Below, piece after piece: positions 30,177 through 39,247 of a stretch of DNA of 64,000 nt. The stretch spans positions 4,075 to 68,074 of IMG/VR virus record IMGVR_UViG_3300032242_002802. One strand, written 5' to 3'. This DNA comes from a virus. A program made the position numbers and the translations under genes. The notes beneath the pieces were generated by a model, which was not told where the DNA came from, did no database searches, and saw only the letters and a program-made list of their open reading frames with translations. Within the stretch, counting starts at the first letter, position 1. The number at the start of each line of letters is the position of its first letter.

Positions 30177-30210
30177 CCCCCACTACAGATGTGGTGGGGG
30201 TGAAATTAAC
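30171..30210 (+). other. 40-nt hairpin insertion interrupting PolB motif B
   Basis: GTTTAACCCCCACTACAGATGTGGTGGGGGTGAAATTAAC; 11-bp stem 30176-30186/30191-30201; removal joins TAT to GGT (NGSY|GAF) in frame. Confidence 0.8.
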
Positions 30211-31536
30211 GGTGCATTTGCAACAGCCTACTTCATATTATTTAATAATCATGTAGCAGGTACAATTACTGCCCAAGGTAGAGACCTTACCAAAACAATG
30301 GATAGAGTAAATCAAGATTATTGGTATAACCAATGGCAAAATGATTATGAATTACACACTAAACTTGGAATAAGAGATATTACACCTATTGATAAAAGTG
30401 AACCTGTTAGTATTTATGCAGATACTGACTCATTGTTTGTATCATTTAAACCTGCAATTGATCACTGTACTTGGGAAAACTTAGTATTTGATGAATTAGA
30501 TTTCATCAGTGAGAGATTCATTATACTATCAAAAGATTTTCCTAAACACAATAATCCTAATTGTGTTGGTATGGCTAAGAATGTTAAAGAGTTGGAAGAG
30601 TTATTAATTAATGATTATGACTTATTAATTTTTGATGGTGAGTTTATTAAAAATAGAGATATAAGTAGAATGATTTCAGAAGGTGTTTTCACATCTGAAA
30701 TTAAATGGAACTGGTCTAAAGAACTTGATTTAATACAAGGTATGGATTCATTTAGATATGGTGGTTATTTCAAGAAATGTTTAGAAGATTATGCTGCATC
30801 ATTTGGTGTTGAGAATAAAGAAGACTTTGAGTTAGAGAAGATTTCTGAATCTATCATAAACATTGCTAAGAAGAAATATATTCAACATATTGTACATGAA
30901 GATGGTATTGATTTTGACCCAATGAGTTATATATTCCCTAAAGGAGTTGAACTTGTAAGGTCATCTACACCATTGTTTGCAAGAGATAAAATTGTAGATA
31001 TTGTAAAATATTTATTCTTAAATCCTGATACATTCAACATTAAAGAGTTACTTAAATTGGTTAAGAATTTAAGAAAAGAGTTTGAATTGGCAGATATTGA
31101 TGACATAGCACAACAATCATCTTGTTCTAATTATGATGCTAAAGTAATTGATGATAAGAACTTACCTTTACAATATGTAAATGGTGCTCACTTTGCTGTT
31201 AAGGCAGCAGCTTATCATAATTATTTATTACACAATGATAAGGATGCACAACAAAAGTATGAATATCTTAAATCTGGAACAAAGATTAAGTATTATGCTT
31301 GTAAAGATAAATCTATTAATGATTCATTTGCTTATATGAGAGGTTCATTCCCTCATGAGTTTGCTCCTCAGATTGATTATGACCAACAATTTGCTAAGGC
31401 AATATTATCTCCAATCAATTCAATTATTGAACCACTTGGAATGCCTACAATAACAAATAGATTATCAGTTGTGATGGATATTTTTGGTGGTTGGAATACT
31501 ACTAAACCATCAGGTGGAACTAGTTCAGATTTCTAA
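30211..31536 (+). CDS. PolB C-terminal subunit, segment 2 (palm and thumb)
   Basis: GAF…AGTITAQGR, YADTDS motif C, AKKKYI, KGVELVRSSTP, C-terminal VMDIF (similar to a clamp-binding motif); +1 frame relative to segment 1. Confidence 0.9.
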   Translation, partial: GAFATAYFILFNNHVAGTITAQGRDLTKTMDRVNQDYWYNQWQNDYELHTKLGIRDITPIDKSEPVSIYADTDSLFVSFKPAIDHCTWENLVFDELDFISERFIILSKDFPKHNNPNCVGMAKNVKELEELLINDYDLLIFDGEFIKNRDISRMISEGVFTSEIKWNWSKELDLIQGMDSFRYGGYFKKCLEDYAASFGVENKEDFELEKISESIINIAKKKYIQHIVHEDGIDFDPMSYIFPKGVELVRSSTPLFARDKIVDIVKYLFLNPDTFNIKELLKLVKNLRKEFELADIDDIAQQSSCSNYDAKVIDDKNLPLQYVNGAHFAVKAAAYHNYLLHNDKDAQQKYEYLKSGTKIKYYACKDKSINDSFAYMRGSFPHEFAPQIDYDQQFAKAILSPINSIIEPLGMPTITNRLSVVMDIFGGWNTTKPSGGTSSDF

Positions 31537-31829
31537 TGGATGATAGATATATTGAAACTTTTTTAGCAGGTAAATCTGATTTAATTAAATTAGATGTATA
31601 TAATATATTAGATGATTTTATAGATGTTGATATTAATATTTTTAACCTTTATATGTTAGTAAAGAAAAAAATAAAATTTTCTTATAAATTAATTGGAATG
31701 ACTATGTTTGGTAAAAAGTACATAAATGCTTTTTTAATTGGACATCATCTAATTAGTATTACATTTGATTATTATGATTTTATTGAATTTCAAAGAAATA
31801 TTAAAATTGAAAAAATCCTCTCAATTTGA
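31536..31829 (+). CDS. Hypothetical protein
   Basis: C-terminal QRNIKIEKIL. Confidence 0.65.
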   Translation: MDDRYIETFLAGKSDLIKLDVYNILDDFIDVDINIFNLYMLVKKKIKFSYKLIGMTMFGKKYINAFLIGHHLISITFDYYDFIEFQRNIKIEKILSI

Positions 31830-31840
31830 GAGGATTTTTT
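31811..31840. terminator. Bidirectional terminator
   Basis: AAAAATCCTCTCAA-T-TTGAGAGGATTTTT. Confidence 0.8.
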
Positions 31841-31846
31841 ATTATA

Positions 31847-32569
31847 TTACCATATACCTAACTTTCTGTATATCTCTTCCCATTTGTCTTCTAATTGCTT
31901 TCTTTCATCATTATCAGTAATCTTAGTTGGATCTAAAACAGCTTTAACTTCATCAACATATCTACCACCAGGTCCTGGAGATTGATAGAATTTAATTGTA
32001 TCACCTAAATCATCAACTTTTACTAAAGGTACATTTAACTTATTCATAAGTTCTACTAATATACCATTCACATTTATATTATCTTCTAATCTTTTAACAA
32101 TAGCAATTATAGAATATTTAGAATAAGTTTTATCAAAACATCTATATTCAATGTATATCATATCATCTGATTGATAAGTTTTATATTTCTGTCTTGATAA
32201 TTCAAAAGATTCTTTAGTAAACTCTTTAGACTCTGTTAAACTATCAATTCTATAAAACTTTTCTTCACTTGTTATATTTACAAAAAACTTACATCCTAAT
32301 ATTTTAGATATGTATAATAATAAACCTTTTTGTAAAGTTGGTCCTGTTAGTATATTTCCTAATTTAATTGAGTCTGCTTTATATTTCTTCTCAACAATAG
32401 CAATGATATTATTTGAATCATCATATATAACTTCATCTAAATCAAGCATAAAGTGACTTTTTAAAAATCCATTTCCTTTATCTCTACTACGATGACCATT
32501 TGAGAAAGGATTTCCACCTCCATGTACTCTTTCTCCTGCTTCTTCTTGTATCAATGTAAATTTCTTCAT
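31847..32569 (-). CDS. Hypothetical protein, possible PD-(D/E)xK fold
   Basis: LDLDEVIY…IAIVEKK; start moved to MKKFTLIQEE. Confidence 0.5.
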   Translation of the reverse strand: MKKFTLIQEEAGERVHGGGNPFSNGHRSRDKGNGFLKSHFMLDLDEVIYDDSNNIIAIVEKKYKADSIKLGNILTGPTLQKGLLLYISKILGCKFFVNITSEEKFYRIDSLTESKEFTKESFELSRQKYKTYQSDDMIYIEYRCFDKTYSKYSIIAIVKRLEDNINVNGILVELMNKLNVPLVKVDDLGDTIKFYQSPGPGGRYVDEVKAVLDPTKITDNDERKQLEDKWEEIYRKLGIW

Positions 32570-32600
32570 GATGTATATATAAAAATATAATATATAAATT

Positions 32601-32810
32601 ATGAAAAATGACAATATATATCCATATTATATTAAGTATCTGGAGCAGAGATTAGTGGAAGGTAAGATATCCAGAGGTTCATATTCTTTACTAAGAATTA
32701 GTGAGAGTGCATTTGAGGATTTTAAGTTTAAGTTTGAGAATGATTCAAATATGAGAAAGGCTTCTATAAGGGATAAGAAAATAGATGATTTATTTGATGA
32801 TATTATTTGA
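32601..32810 (+). CDS. Small hypothetical protein
   Basis: C-terminal IRDKKIDDLF. Confidence 0.65.
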   Translation: MKNDNIYPYYIKYLEQRLVEGKISRGSYSLLRISESAFEDFKFKFENDSNMRKASIRDKKIDDLFDDII

Positions 32811-33150
32811 TGAAATAAATATAAATGGTGATATAGTTAAATTCTATGATGGAATAGACTATGAGTTTGTAAGAAATTATGATAAGAAAGAATTTATTGT
32901 AATATTTATTGAAGACTGGGCTAAAGAACAAATAAGTTTTATTAGAGAAGCAAAAATAAATTCTTTATTTGATGGTCCAGAATATAAAGAATTAGAAGAT
33001 ATAAATAACAATTATATTGCAATATATCAAACAAGTGGTTATTTAGAAATAGTTGCAGAATCAATTAAAAAGAAGTTATTGTCAAATACAAATGTAAACC
33101 ATAATGAACCATGGTTTGCAAATACTTCTAAAGGTAAAATTAATATATAA
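32785..33150 (+). CDS. Hypothetical protein
   Basis: Internal IREAKINSLF. Confidence 0.65.
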   Translation: MIYLMILFDEININGDIVKFYDGIDYEFVRNYDKKEFIVIFIEDWAKEQISFIREAKINSLFDGPEYKELEDINNNYIAIYQTSGYLEIVAESIKKKLLSNTNVNHNEPWFANTSKGKINI

Positions 33151-33153
33151 CTT

Positions 33154-33633
33154 ATGAGACGTTTAATGATATATGAAGAATTTTCAAGTCAGGATAGAAC
33201 TGATGAATTACTGGATAAAATATCTAAGTATGGTATATCATCATTGACTCCACATGAGAAAGACTTTTTAGATGCTGTTTCTACAGGTGATGAAGAGCAA
33301 GTTAAAACTAAGATGAGAGATTTAGATACTGATCAAGTATTTGAGGATAATCATTTTAAATTTGAATTAGAAGATACTAAATATGAAGGTGATGGTATAT
33401 ATTACATTGGTACTTTATATGTTCCTGATTTAGAGTTTGAAGATGGTAGAAGAATTGAAGGTGATTTAAAAGGAAAAATAATACTTAATAATGATGGTTC
33501 ATATGCTTTAGATTTTGAAAAGACTGCATATGAGAAGGGTAAAGAAGTAGAGTATGATGTATTTGAGTTTTGTAATGGACTTGAATATGAATTAGATAGT
33601 TTTATAGACTATGTTATTCAAGAATTGGAATAA
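33154..33633 (+). CDS. Hypothetical protein, CTS-like N-terminus
   Basis: MRRLMIYEEF; DELLDKISKYGISSLTPHEKDFL module. Confidence 0.7.
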   Translation: MRRLMIYEEFSSQDRTDELLDKISKYGISSLTPHEKDFLDAVSTGDEEQVKTKMRDLDTDQVFEDNHFKFELEDTKYEGDGIYYIGTLYVPDLEFEDGRRIEGDLKGKIILNNDGSYALDFEKTAYEKGKEVEYDVFEFCNGLEYELDSFIDYVIQELE

Positions 33634-33669
33634 AAATATTAATATATAATAAAAATTAACTTATAAGTT

Positions 33670-34161
33670 ATGGCTATTAAAAAATACAATCAATTTGTAA
33701 AAACTAATGAAGAGTTTGTTGATGCACCAAGTTTAGATACTAAACAAGCACCAGCAAGACCAGAAAGAGGTACTGAAACAATGCCTGGAAGACCTGGTAC
33801 TACACCTTCAACAAGACCATCAAGACCATCAGTTGTTCCTGGTAAAAGACCAAGTGAAGAAGATGCACCATTGGCATCAAATGATGAATATATTGGAACA
33901 AGAAAAATGAGAGAATTGGCAGAAGCTTTACCTGATTCTAAATTAGAAAATGGTACACTTTACTATGATGGTAAAGAAATAAACTTTTATTCTGAGACAG
34001 AAAAGTTCCATATTGGAAGAAAAAGATTTGATGATGTGGAGGATGTACTTAATTATTTAGGAGTTAAGGATTCAAAATCAGATTTTGAAGAAGATGAAAT
34101 GGACCCAGAATTTGAAGCAAAAAGTTATAGATTTACAAGAAATCATAAAAGATTAAAATAA
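33670..34161 (+). CDS. Hypothetical Pro-rich protein, CTS-like N-terminus
   Basis: MAIKKYNQFVKTNEE. Confidence 0.7.
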   Translation: MAIKKYNQFVKTNEEFVDAPSLDTKQAPARPERGTETMPGRPGTTPSTRPSRPSVVPGKRPSEEDAPLASNDEYIGTRKMRELAEALPDSKLENGTLYYDGKEINFYSETEKFHIGRKRFDDVEDVLNYLGVKDSKSDFEEDEMDPEFEAKSYRFTRNHKRLK

Positions 34162-34191
34162 AAAAAACCACTCAGATGAGTGGTTTTTAGT

Positions 34192-34530
34192 TTATTGTTG
34201 ATTTTCTTGCATTGTTGCATCAACTGAATTGCTTGTAGTTGCTGCAGATGTTTTTTCTTTCTGTATTTGATTAACCATATAACCAGCTACAACAAATTGC
34301 ATACCTGCCCATATTGCAAAATCTGTTACTACCATTTTATCAATTTTTTGAAGTATAAAATAAATCATACCCCATTCTGCAATAACAAAACCAATACCTG
34401 ATTCAACTCTTTTCTTAGAGAAATAAGAAGGTTCTGTAGAATAAATCTTCATTATTTCAGTAAAAAACCATCTAATGTTATCACCTATTTTTTTCCAAGA
34501 TGATAACTTTTTAACTTCTTCTTCTGCCAT
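34192..34530 (-). CDS. Small two-TM membrane protein (holin-like candidate)
   Basis: Two hydrophobic segments after YFSKKRVES; start uncertain. Confidence 0.5.
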   Translation of the reverse strand: MAEEEVKKLSSWKKIGDNIRWFFTEIMKIYSTEPSYFSKKRVESGIGFVIAEWGMIYFILQKIDKMVVTDFAIWAGMQFVVAGYMVNQIQKEKTSAATTSNSVDATMQENQQ

Positions 34531-34632
34531 AATATTCATTTTTTCTTTTATATATAAAATCATGAAAATGAATAAAATACAAAAAACCCACCAAACAATT
34601 TGGTGGGTTTAATTTTTATTCTAAATAATTTA

Positions 34633-35178
34633 TTAGAATTTGTAGATTAATCCAATTTTAGGAGTAGTTAATGGATTATCAACTTTGTTAAATCCTACTT
34701 TAAAAGTAGAAGCTGAATCATCATAACTTGCTAAACTTGTTAAATTTGCAGTTAAAGCCAATTTTTTAGTTACAAAATAGTTTAAACCTAATCCAAAATC
34801 AGCAGTAACATAAGATTTTGTATCTGCATCATTATTGTTAGTAACTCCTAATTGAGAATAAACTTTAAAGCTTTGTCCTACATTTAAGAAATAATGTCTA
34901 GCAAATACAGTTGTACAAAAATGTTTTGTGTAACTTAGTACTTCATTTGTAATAACTGCATCTTTACCAGTCTCAACTGAAATTCCTACAGCAGTTTTGT
35001 CTGTTAAGAAATAACCAACAGTTGGTGCAAATGTATAAGTTGCATCAGTTGCATAAGTACCAGTTTTTTTCTCATAAGAGAAAGTTCCCTCAACAAATTT
35101 GTCAGATTTTTTAAATCCTGTTTGAGCAGTTGCAGTTAAGCCTAACATTGCTACTAAAATTAATAAAATTTTCTTCAT
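34633..35178 (-). CDS. Outer-membrane beta-barrel protein (Bacteroidota porin-like)
   Basis: Signal peptide …ATA-Q, FAPTVGYFLTDK, FARHYF, GLNYFV, C-terminal IGLIYKF. Confidence 0.85.
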   Translation of the reverse strand: MKKILLILVAMLGLTATAQTGFKKSDKFVEGTFSYEKKTGTYATDATYTFAPTVGYFLTDKTAVGISVETGKDAVITNEVLSYTKHFCTTVFARHYFLNVGQSFKVYSQLGVTNNNDADTKSYVTADFGLGLNYFVTKKLALTANLTSLASYDDSASTFKVGFNKVDNPLTTPKIGLIYKF

Positions 35179-35252
35179 TTTTAATATTTATTTTTTTTTA
35201 ATGCTTGGTTAATTCCAAACACTTCTATTTATATTAAAGATTTTAAAAAAGT

Positions 35253-36452
35253 TTATAATTTATTGAAGTCTTCAAACTTTCTATTATAATCAACAGAATC
35301 TGCATCATTTTTATTTCTTCTCTTAAACTTAGGAATCCACTTGATGTCCATTACATCCTCACTAAAGAAATTAGGAAGATTTAATTTTTTATAAGCACCT
35401 GGTGTTAATTGACAAAGTTTATTAATATCTTTCACTTTACTAATTCTATGTAATAATGTATAAGGATCTTCAACTCTTTTTCTTTCAACAATATCATCAA
35501 AAAGTTTTCTCCATAAGAATACTGGATAACCTTCTTTTAACTTTTCCTCAGATTTTTTAAAACCTGCTTCATCATTATCAAAAAAGTATTGTAAGTCAAA
35601 ACCACCATTCTCTAAAAATCTAAAATCAGTATTAACACCAACTAATCCAATTGCATTAGGGTAAAACAATGAATCTAAATAACCTTCAAATACAGTTATC
35701 ATATAATCAAAATTAACATTAAGTATATTAAAGTAGTATGACAATTTATTATAAACCACAAGTTCATTAATATCAATAACTTTAGGTTCTTCTTTTGCCA
35801 TATTTACCCATTCTAATAAGTTCTCATAATTATAAATCTTGAAAGTTCTACGTTTACCTTCTTTAAGATTTCTAATTTGCATACCTAATATCTTATTATC
35901 CTTTCTATTAAGCATTACAATGACCCATTCAGACTCATCTTCATTCTTCCAATACTTTGCTTGATAAATATTTTTGTGTAGTTCTGGTGCAATCCCACGT
36001 CCAATTAGATATTTGTAGATACCACCATTTACCTGAATTGGTTTAAAATCAGAGAAAGGTGTTAAGTTTTTATTTATTGAATCTTCAAGGTCAGTCAAGT
36101 CAATTAAATTTTCAAATCTTGCATCAATAAATTCATTTTGGTAATCAGTATAAGTTACAATTGAATCTAAGTGTTCAATCATTTCTAGTTTTTTATCAGG
36201 ATCAATCTGTTCATTGAAATCTTTACACATTCTATCAAATGTAGTTTTCTTATCACAATTAAAACAAATAAAGACCAATCTATTAAAATATAGATTACCT
36301 CTTTTTGCATGATTATTTCTGTGTGAATCACCACAAAATGGACAAGCACAATTAAGTCTATCAGAGTAATCATTAATTCTTCTCTTAGTAGAATTAGTGA
36401 ACTCTTTATCAATTATCTTTTGTAATAAACTTTTTATGTAGATTTTATCCAT
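35253..36452 (-). CDS. DNA primase (T4 gp61-like)
   Basis: CPFCGDS…CFNC zinc finger, TOPRIM FEGYLDS and FDND, KDIN. Confidence 0.9.
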   Translation of the reverse strand: MDKIYIKSLLQKIIDKEFTNSTKRRINDYSDRLNCACPFCGDSHRNNHAKRGNLYFNRLVFICFNCDKKTTFDRMCKDFNEQIDPDKKLEMIEHLDSIVTYTDYQNEFIDARFENLIDLTDLEDSINKNLTPFSDFKPIQVNGGIYKYLIGRGIAPELHKNIYQAKYWKNEDESEWVIVMLNRKDNKILGMQIRNLKEGKRRTFKIYNYENLLEWVNMAKEEPKVIDINELVVYNKLSYYFNILNVNFDYMITVFEGYLDSLFYPNAIGLVGVNTDFRFLENGGFDLQYFFDNDEAGFKKSEEKLKEGYPVFLWRKLFDDIVERKRVEDPYTLLHRISKVKDINKLCQLTPGAYKKLNLPNFFSEDVMDIKWIPKFKRRNKNDADSVDYNRKFEDFNKL

Positions 36453-36513
36453 ATTGATTATATAAATTTTGTTTGTTTAAGTTTTTTTCCTATCTTTGTA
36501 AAAAATTAAAACA

Positions 36514-36741
36514 ATGGCCTGTATAAGTAAATTGGTAAAGGATAAAAAAGATGTCAAGTTTAATGACATTCCTTTAGAGTGGAAAGATAGTTTCCAAAAG
36601 TTTATGTTTGGTCAAACCATTTATGGTGATGATGAAGGTAACTATATTGCTTACTACCATGATTTCATTAGATGGTATTATGAAAATCAAAAAGAGTTGG
36701 ATAGAGAAATAAAAATTAATAATATTTTAGACAATGAGTAG
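36514..36741 (+). CDS. Small hypothetical protein (probably early)
   Basis: TATCTTTG upstream; ends DREIKINNIL. Confidence 0.7.
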   Translation: MACISKLVKDKKDVKFNDIPLEWKDSFQKFMFGQTIYGDDEGNYIAYYHDFIRWYYENQKELDREIKINNILDNE

Positions 36742-37378
36742 ATGTAGATTTAACTGGGAAAAAGCAGATTCTTTTGAGTGGAAATTCAAAAGAAAACCTA
36801 AGTTGCGTACAATTTCAGAAGTTCATGATTTATATCTTAGAGCAATGGAACGTTCTACAAAAAAGTCTAATGAAATAATGGATTGTGTCAATGAAATTGT
36901 AAGAGATATTCCACCAACAGCTCCTTACAATGGTAGATACAATGATTCTTACATTACTTATTTCTATTCTGATGATATTCTGTATCAATACAAAATGACT
37001 TATGAAGAAAGTTATGGTTGTTATGGTACTTCTTATGACAGAGTTAAATTTGATGAAGGAAGTGTTGAAGAAATCAGAGATAAAAAAATTCATTTTATTT
37101 TGAATAATCTAAGAGCTCTTGAGTTAGGTGAAAAATACCACAGATTATCTGCTGCAAATAAATATCTACATTATAATGTAAGAGAAGCATTTGAGAAAAT
37201 GATTATTGAGACTTTAGAAAAAAAATTCAAAGATGTTAGAGCAATTGATTTACCAAAAGCTATTCCTGTTTTGGTTGGTGGTAAAAAATATGTGTTCACT
37301 ATTGATCCACAATCTTGGGGAACTTACAAAAAATTCATATTTCTTGGAGAATCACATGAAGATATTGTATTGGATTAA
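36734..37378 (+). CDS. Hypothetical protein
   Basis: Internal IRDKKIHFIL. Confidence 0.7.
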   Translation: MSRCRFNWEKADSFEWKFKRKPKLRTISEVHDLYLRAMERSTKKSNEIMDCVNEIVRDIPPTAPYNGRYNDSYITYFYSDDILYQYKMTYEESYGCYGTSYDRVKFDEGSVEEIRDKKIHFILNNLRALELGEKYHRLSAANKYLHYNVREAFEKMIIETLEKKFKDVRAIDLPKAIPVLVGGKKYVFTIDPQSWGTYKKFIFLGESHEDIVLD

Positions 37379-39204
37379 TCATATATTTTAAGATATAGTA
37401 CTCTTTTATAAATATCTTTGTCAAATGTATTATAGTTAAATCCAAATGCAAATCTTAGTAAAGATTTCATCATAGAATTTGACCCACACCATTTATCATA
37501 TTTATTAGTAAGTTCTTCATCATCAATTAAATCAAGTATATAATCTAATTTTGTTTTGTATTTATCAGGTAGCCAATATGTTGTTATAATATCATCTGAT
37601 TTAATTTTCATTAAAGCACCTAAATAAATCATAGGTAACATTTCAGTTTGTGTAGGTTTACCAATTGTAGATATACCATAGTAAGTTCTAAGTATTTCTC
37701 TATAAATATAATTTTCATCAATATTTTTTATGAACTCAGTATCAGGTTCAAACTCTAAAAATTTATCCATAAGTTCACCATGTACTTTAGTTGAATCTTC
37801 TCCTAATTCTTCAACTAAACTATCTCTTAAATCATAGAAAATATCATCCCAGAAAGCAAATTCACCATCTGCATATGGATTTTCCATATAATCCATTGAA
37901 TAGTTTTCACCATCAACTTCTTTATATAAACAAGAGTATTTATCATCATTTGGTACAATATCAGTTTCACCATCATTATCAATAATAAATATGACATAAT
38001 CACCTTCTGAAATATCTACATAATCACTAAGTATTTCTGAGTAAGATGAATCATCTATATATAACCAATCTTCACAACAATCACTATGAACTAATTGAGG
38101 TAGATTATGTCTATTTCTATAGGAATTATCATCTAATTCATATCTATCTTTATATTGTAAATAAACTGCATCATCTTGATGTACATAATCTTGAATTGAT
38201 TCAATCCAAACTGCATAATCCTCATCAATATTTTCACCTTCATAATCACTCCAAACACCTGCTTCTTGATGTCCACCATGTGTATCTTGTAATTTTATAC
38301 AATCTCTGTCTGTACTTTCAGTACTACTTAAAATACCTTCACTTTTATTAAATGATAGAAAAGTATCCATATATGGATAATAATCATAAGAATTTTCCCC
38401 AATTGTAACATATTTAGTCTTATAATCATTATCATAAGTTCTATAGCCATTTTTATCTGCCCATTCTTTGAATAAATATTTATCACTATCATTTGCAATA
38501 TATATTCTATCCATATAATTATCACCATTATCTAAAACCCAAAGAAGTGCTCTACCTAAAACTTTATTATTGGCATCTTTAAGAACTAATAAACTACATA
38601 CATCTTCATTTTCAGTATAAATATCAAAATACTTTTGACAATAATCATGTCTCATACAAGAGTTGGCTAATGTTCCTTTACCTTCTGCATAATTATCTAC
38701 AAGATAACCCCATTTAATATCATCACCTTTTAATATAATAAATTCAGGTTCAATATCTTTTATATCATATGTTGCTTTATATGCATTTGAAAATTGTTCT
38801 ATTTGTGCAGGTGTAAATGTAGTTTTATAAACATCTTTATAAATATGAGTTACCCATTTACCTATTTTGTGTTTAGTTCTTATATTCTCATCAGTCCATG
38901 ATTTAGAGTCTTTAGGAATTTTTGACCAATCATATTCCATTTTACCTTCTTCTGGTGGAAACTCTTTAAGTATTCTATTAACTTGTATATATGATATATA
39001 ATCATTCTTTTCAGTTATATCAACAAGTGTATATTTATCCTCCATTTGGTTGGAGTCTTCTGCCAATAATAGAAAGTTAGCAATTTTACTGGCTTCTTCT
39101 GAACTACCATTGGATATTTTTGTAAATAAAGCTCTAAGTTTATCTGAGTAATACAATCTCATTGTATTTTTATTCTCATTTATGAATTCTAAAAATCTTT
39201 TCAT
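37375..39204 (-). CDS. Large protein with NSCM/GRALLW/MDRIY/YPYMDTF motifs, CTS-like N-terminus
   Basis: MKRFLEFINE; conserved-looking core followed by acidic aromatic repeats. Confidence 0.7.
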   Translation of the reverse strand: MKRFLEFINENKNTMRLYYSDKLRALFTKISNGSSEEASKIANFLLLAEDSNQMEDKYTLVDITEKNDYISYIQVNRILKEFPPEEGKMEYDWSKIPKDSKSWTDENIRTKHKIGKWVTHIYKDVYKTTFTPAQIEQFSNAYKATYDIKDIEPEFIILKGDDIKWGYLVDNYAEGKGTLANSCMRHDYCQKYFDIYTENEDVCSLLVLKDANNKVLGRALLWVLDNGDNYMDRIYIANDSDKYLFKEWADKNGYRTYDNDYKTKYVTIGENSYDYYPYMDTFLSFNKSEGILSSTESTDRDCIKLQDTHGGHQEAGVWSDYEGENIDEDYAVWIESIQDYVHQDDAVYLQYKDRYELDDNSYRNRHNLPQLVHSDCCEDWLYIDDSSYSEILSDYVDISEGDYVIFIIDNDGETDIVPNDDKYSCLYKEVDGENYSMDYMENPYADGEFAFWDDIFYDLRDSLVEELGEDSTKVHGELMDKFLEFEPDTEFIKNIDENYIYREILRTYYGISTIGKPTQTEMLPMIYLGALMKIKSDDIITTYWLPDKYKTKLDYILDLIDDEELTNKYDKWCGSNSMMKSLLRFAFGFNYNTFDKDIYKRVLYLKIYD

Positions 39205-39247
39205 AGTAGTATATATTAAAAAATCCTCTTAAAAAAGAGAATTTTTA

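Noticed and set aside
30171-30210. Insert as a group I/II intron or an intein
   Set aside because: Only 40 nt with no catalytic core; U|…G group I boundaries do not restore the frame; it shifts frame and lacks the intein C…HN-[CST] signature
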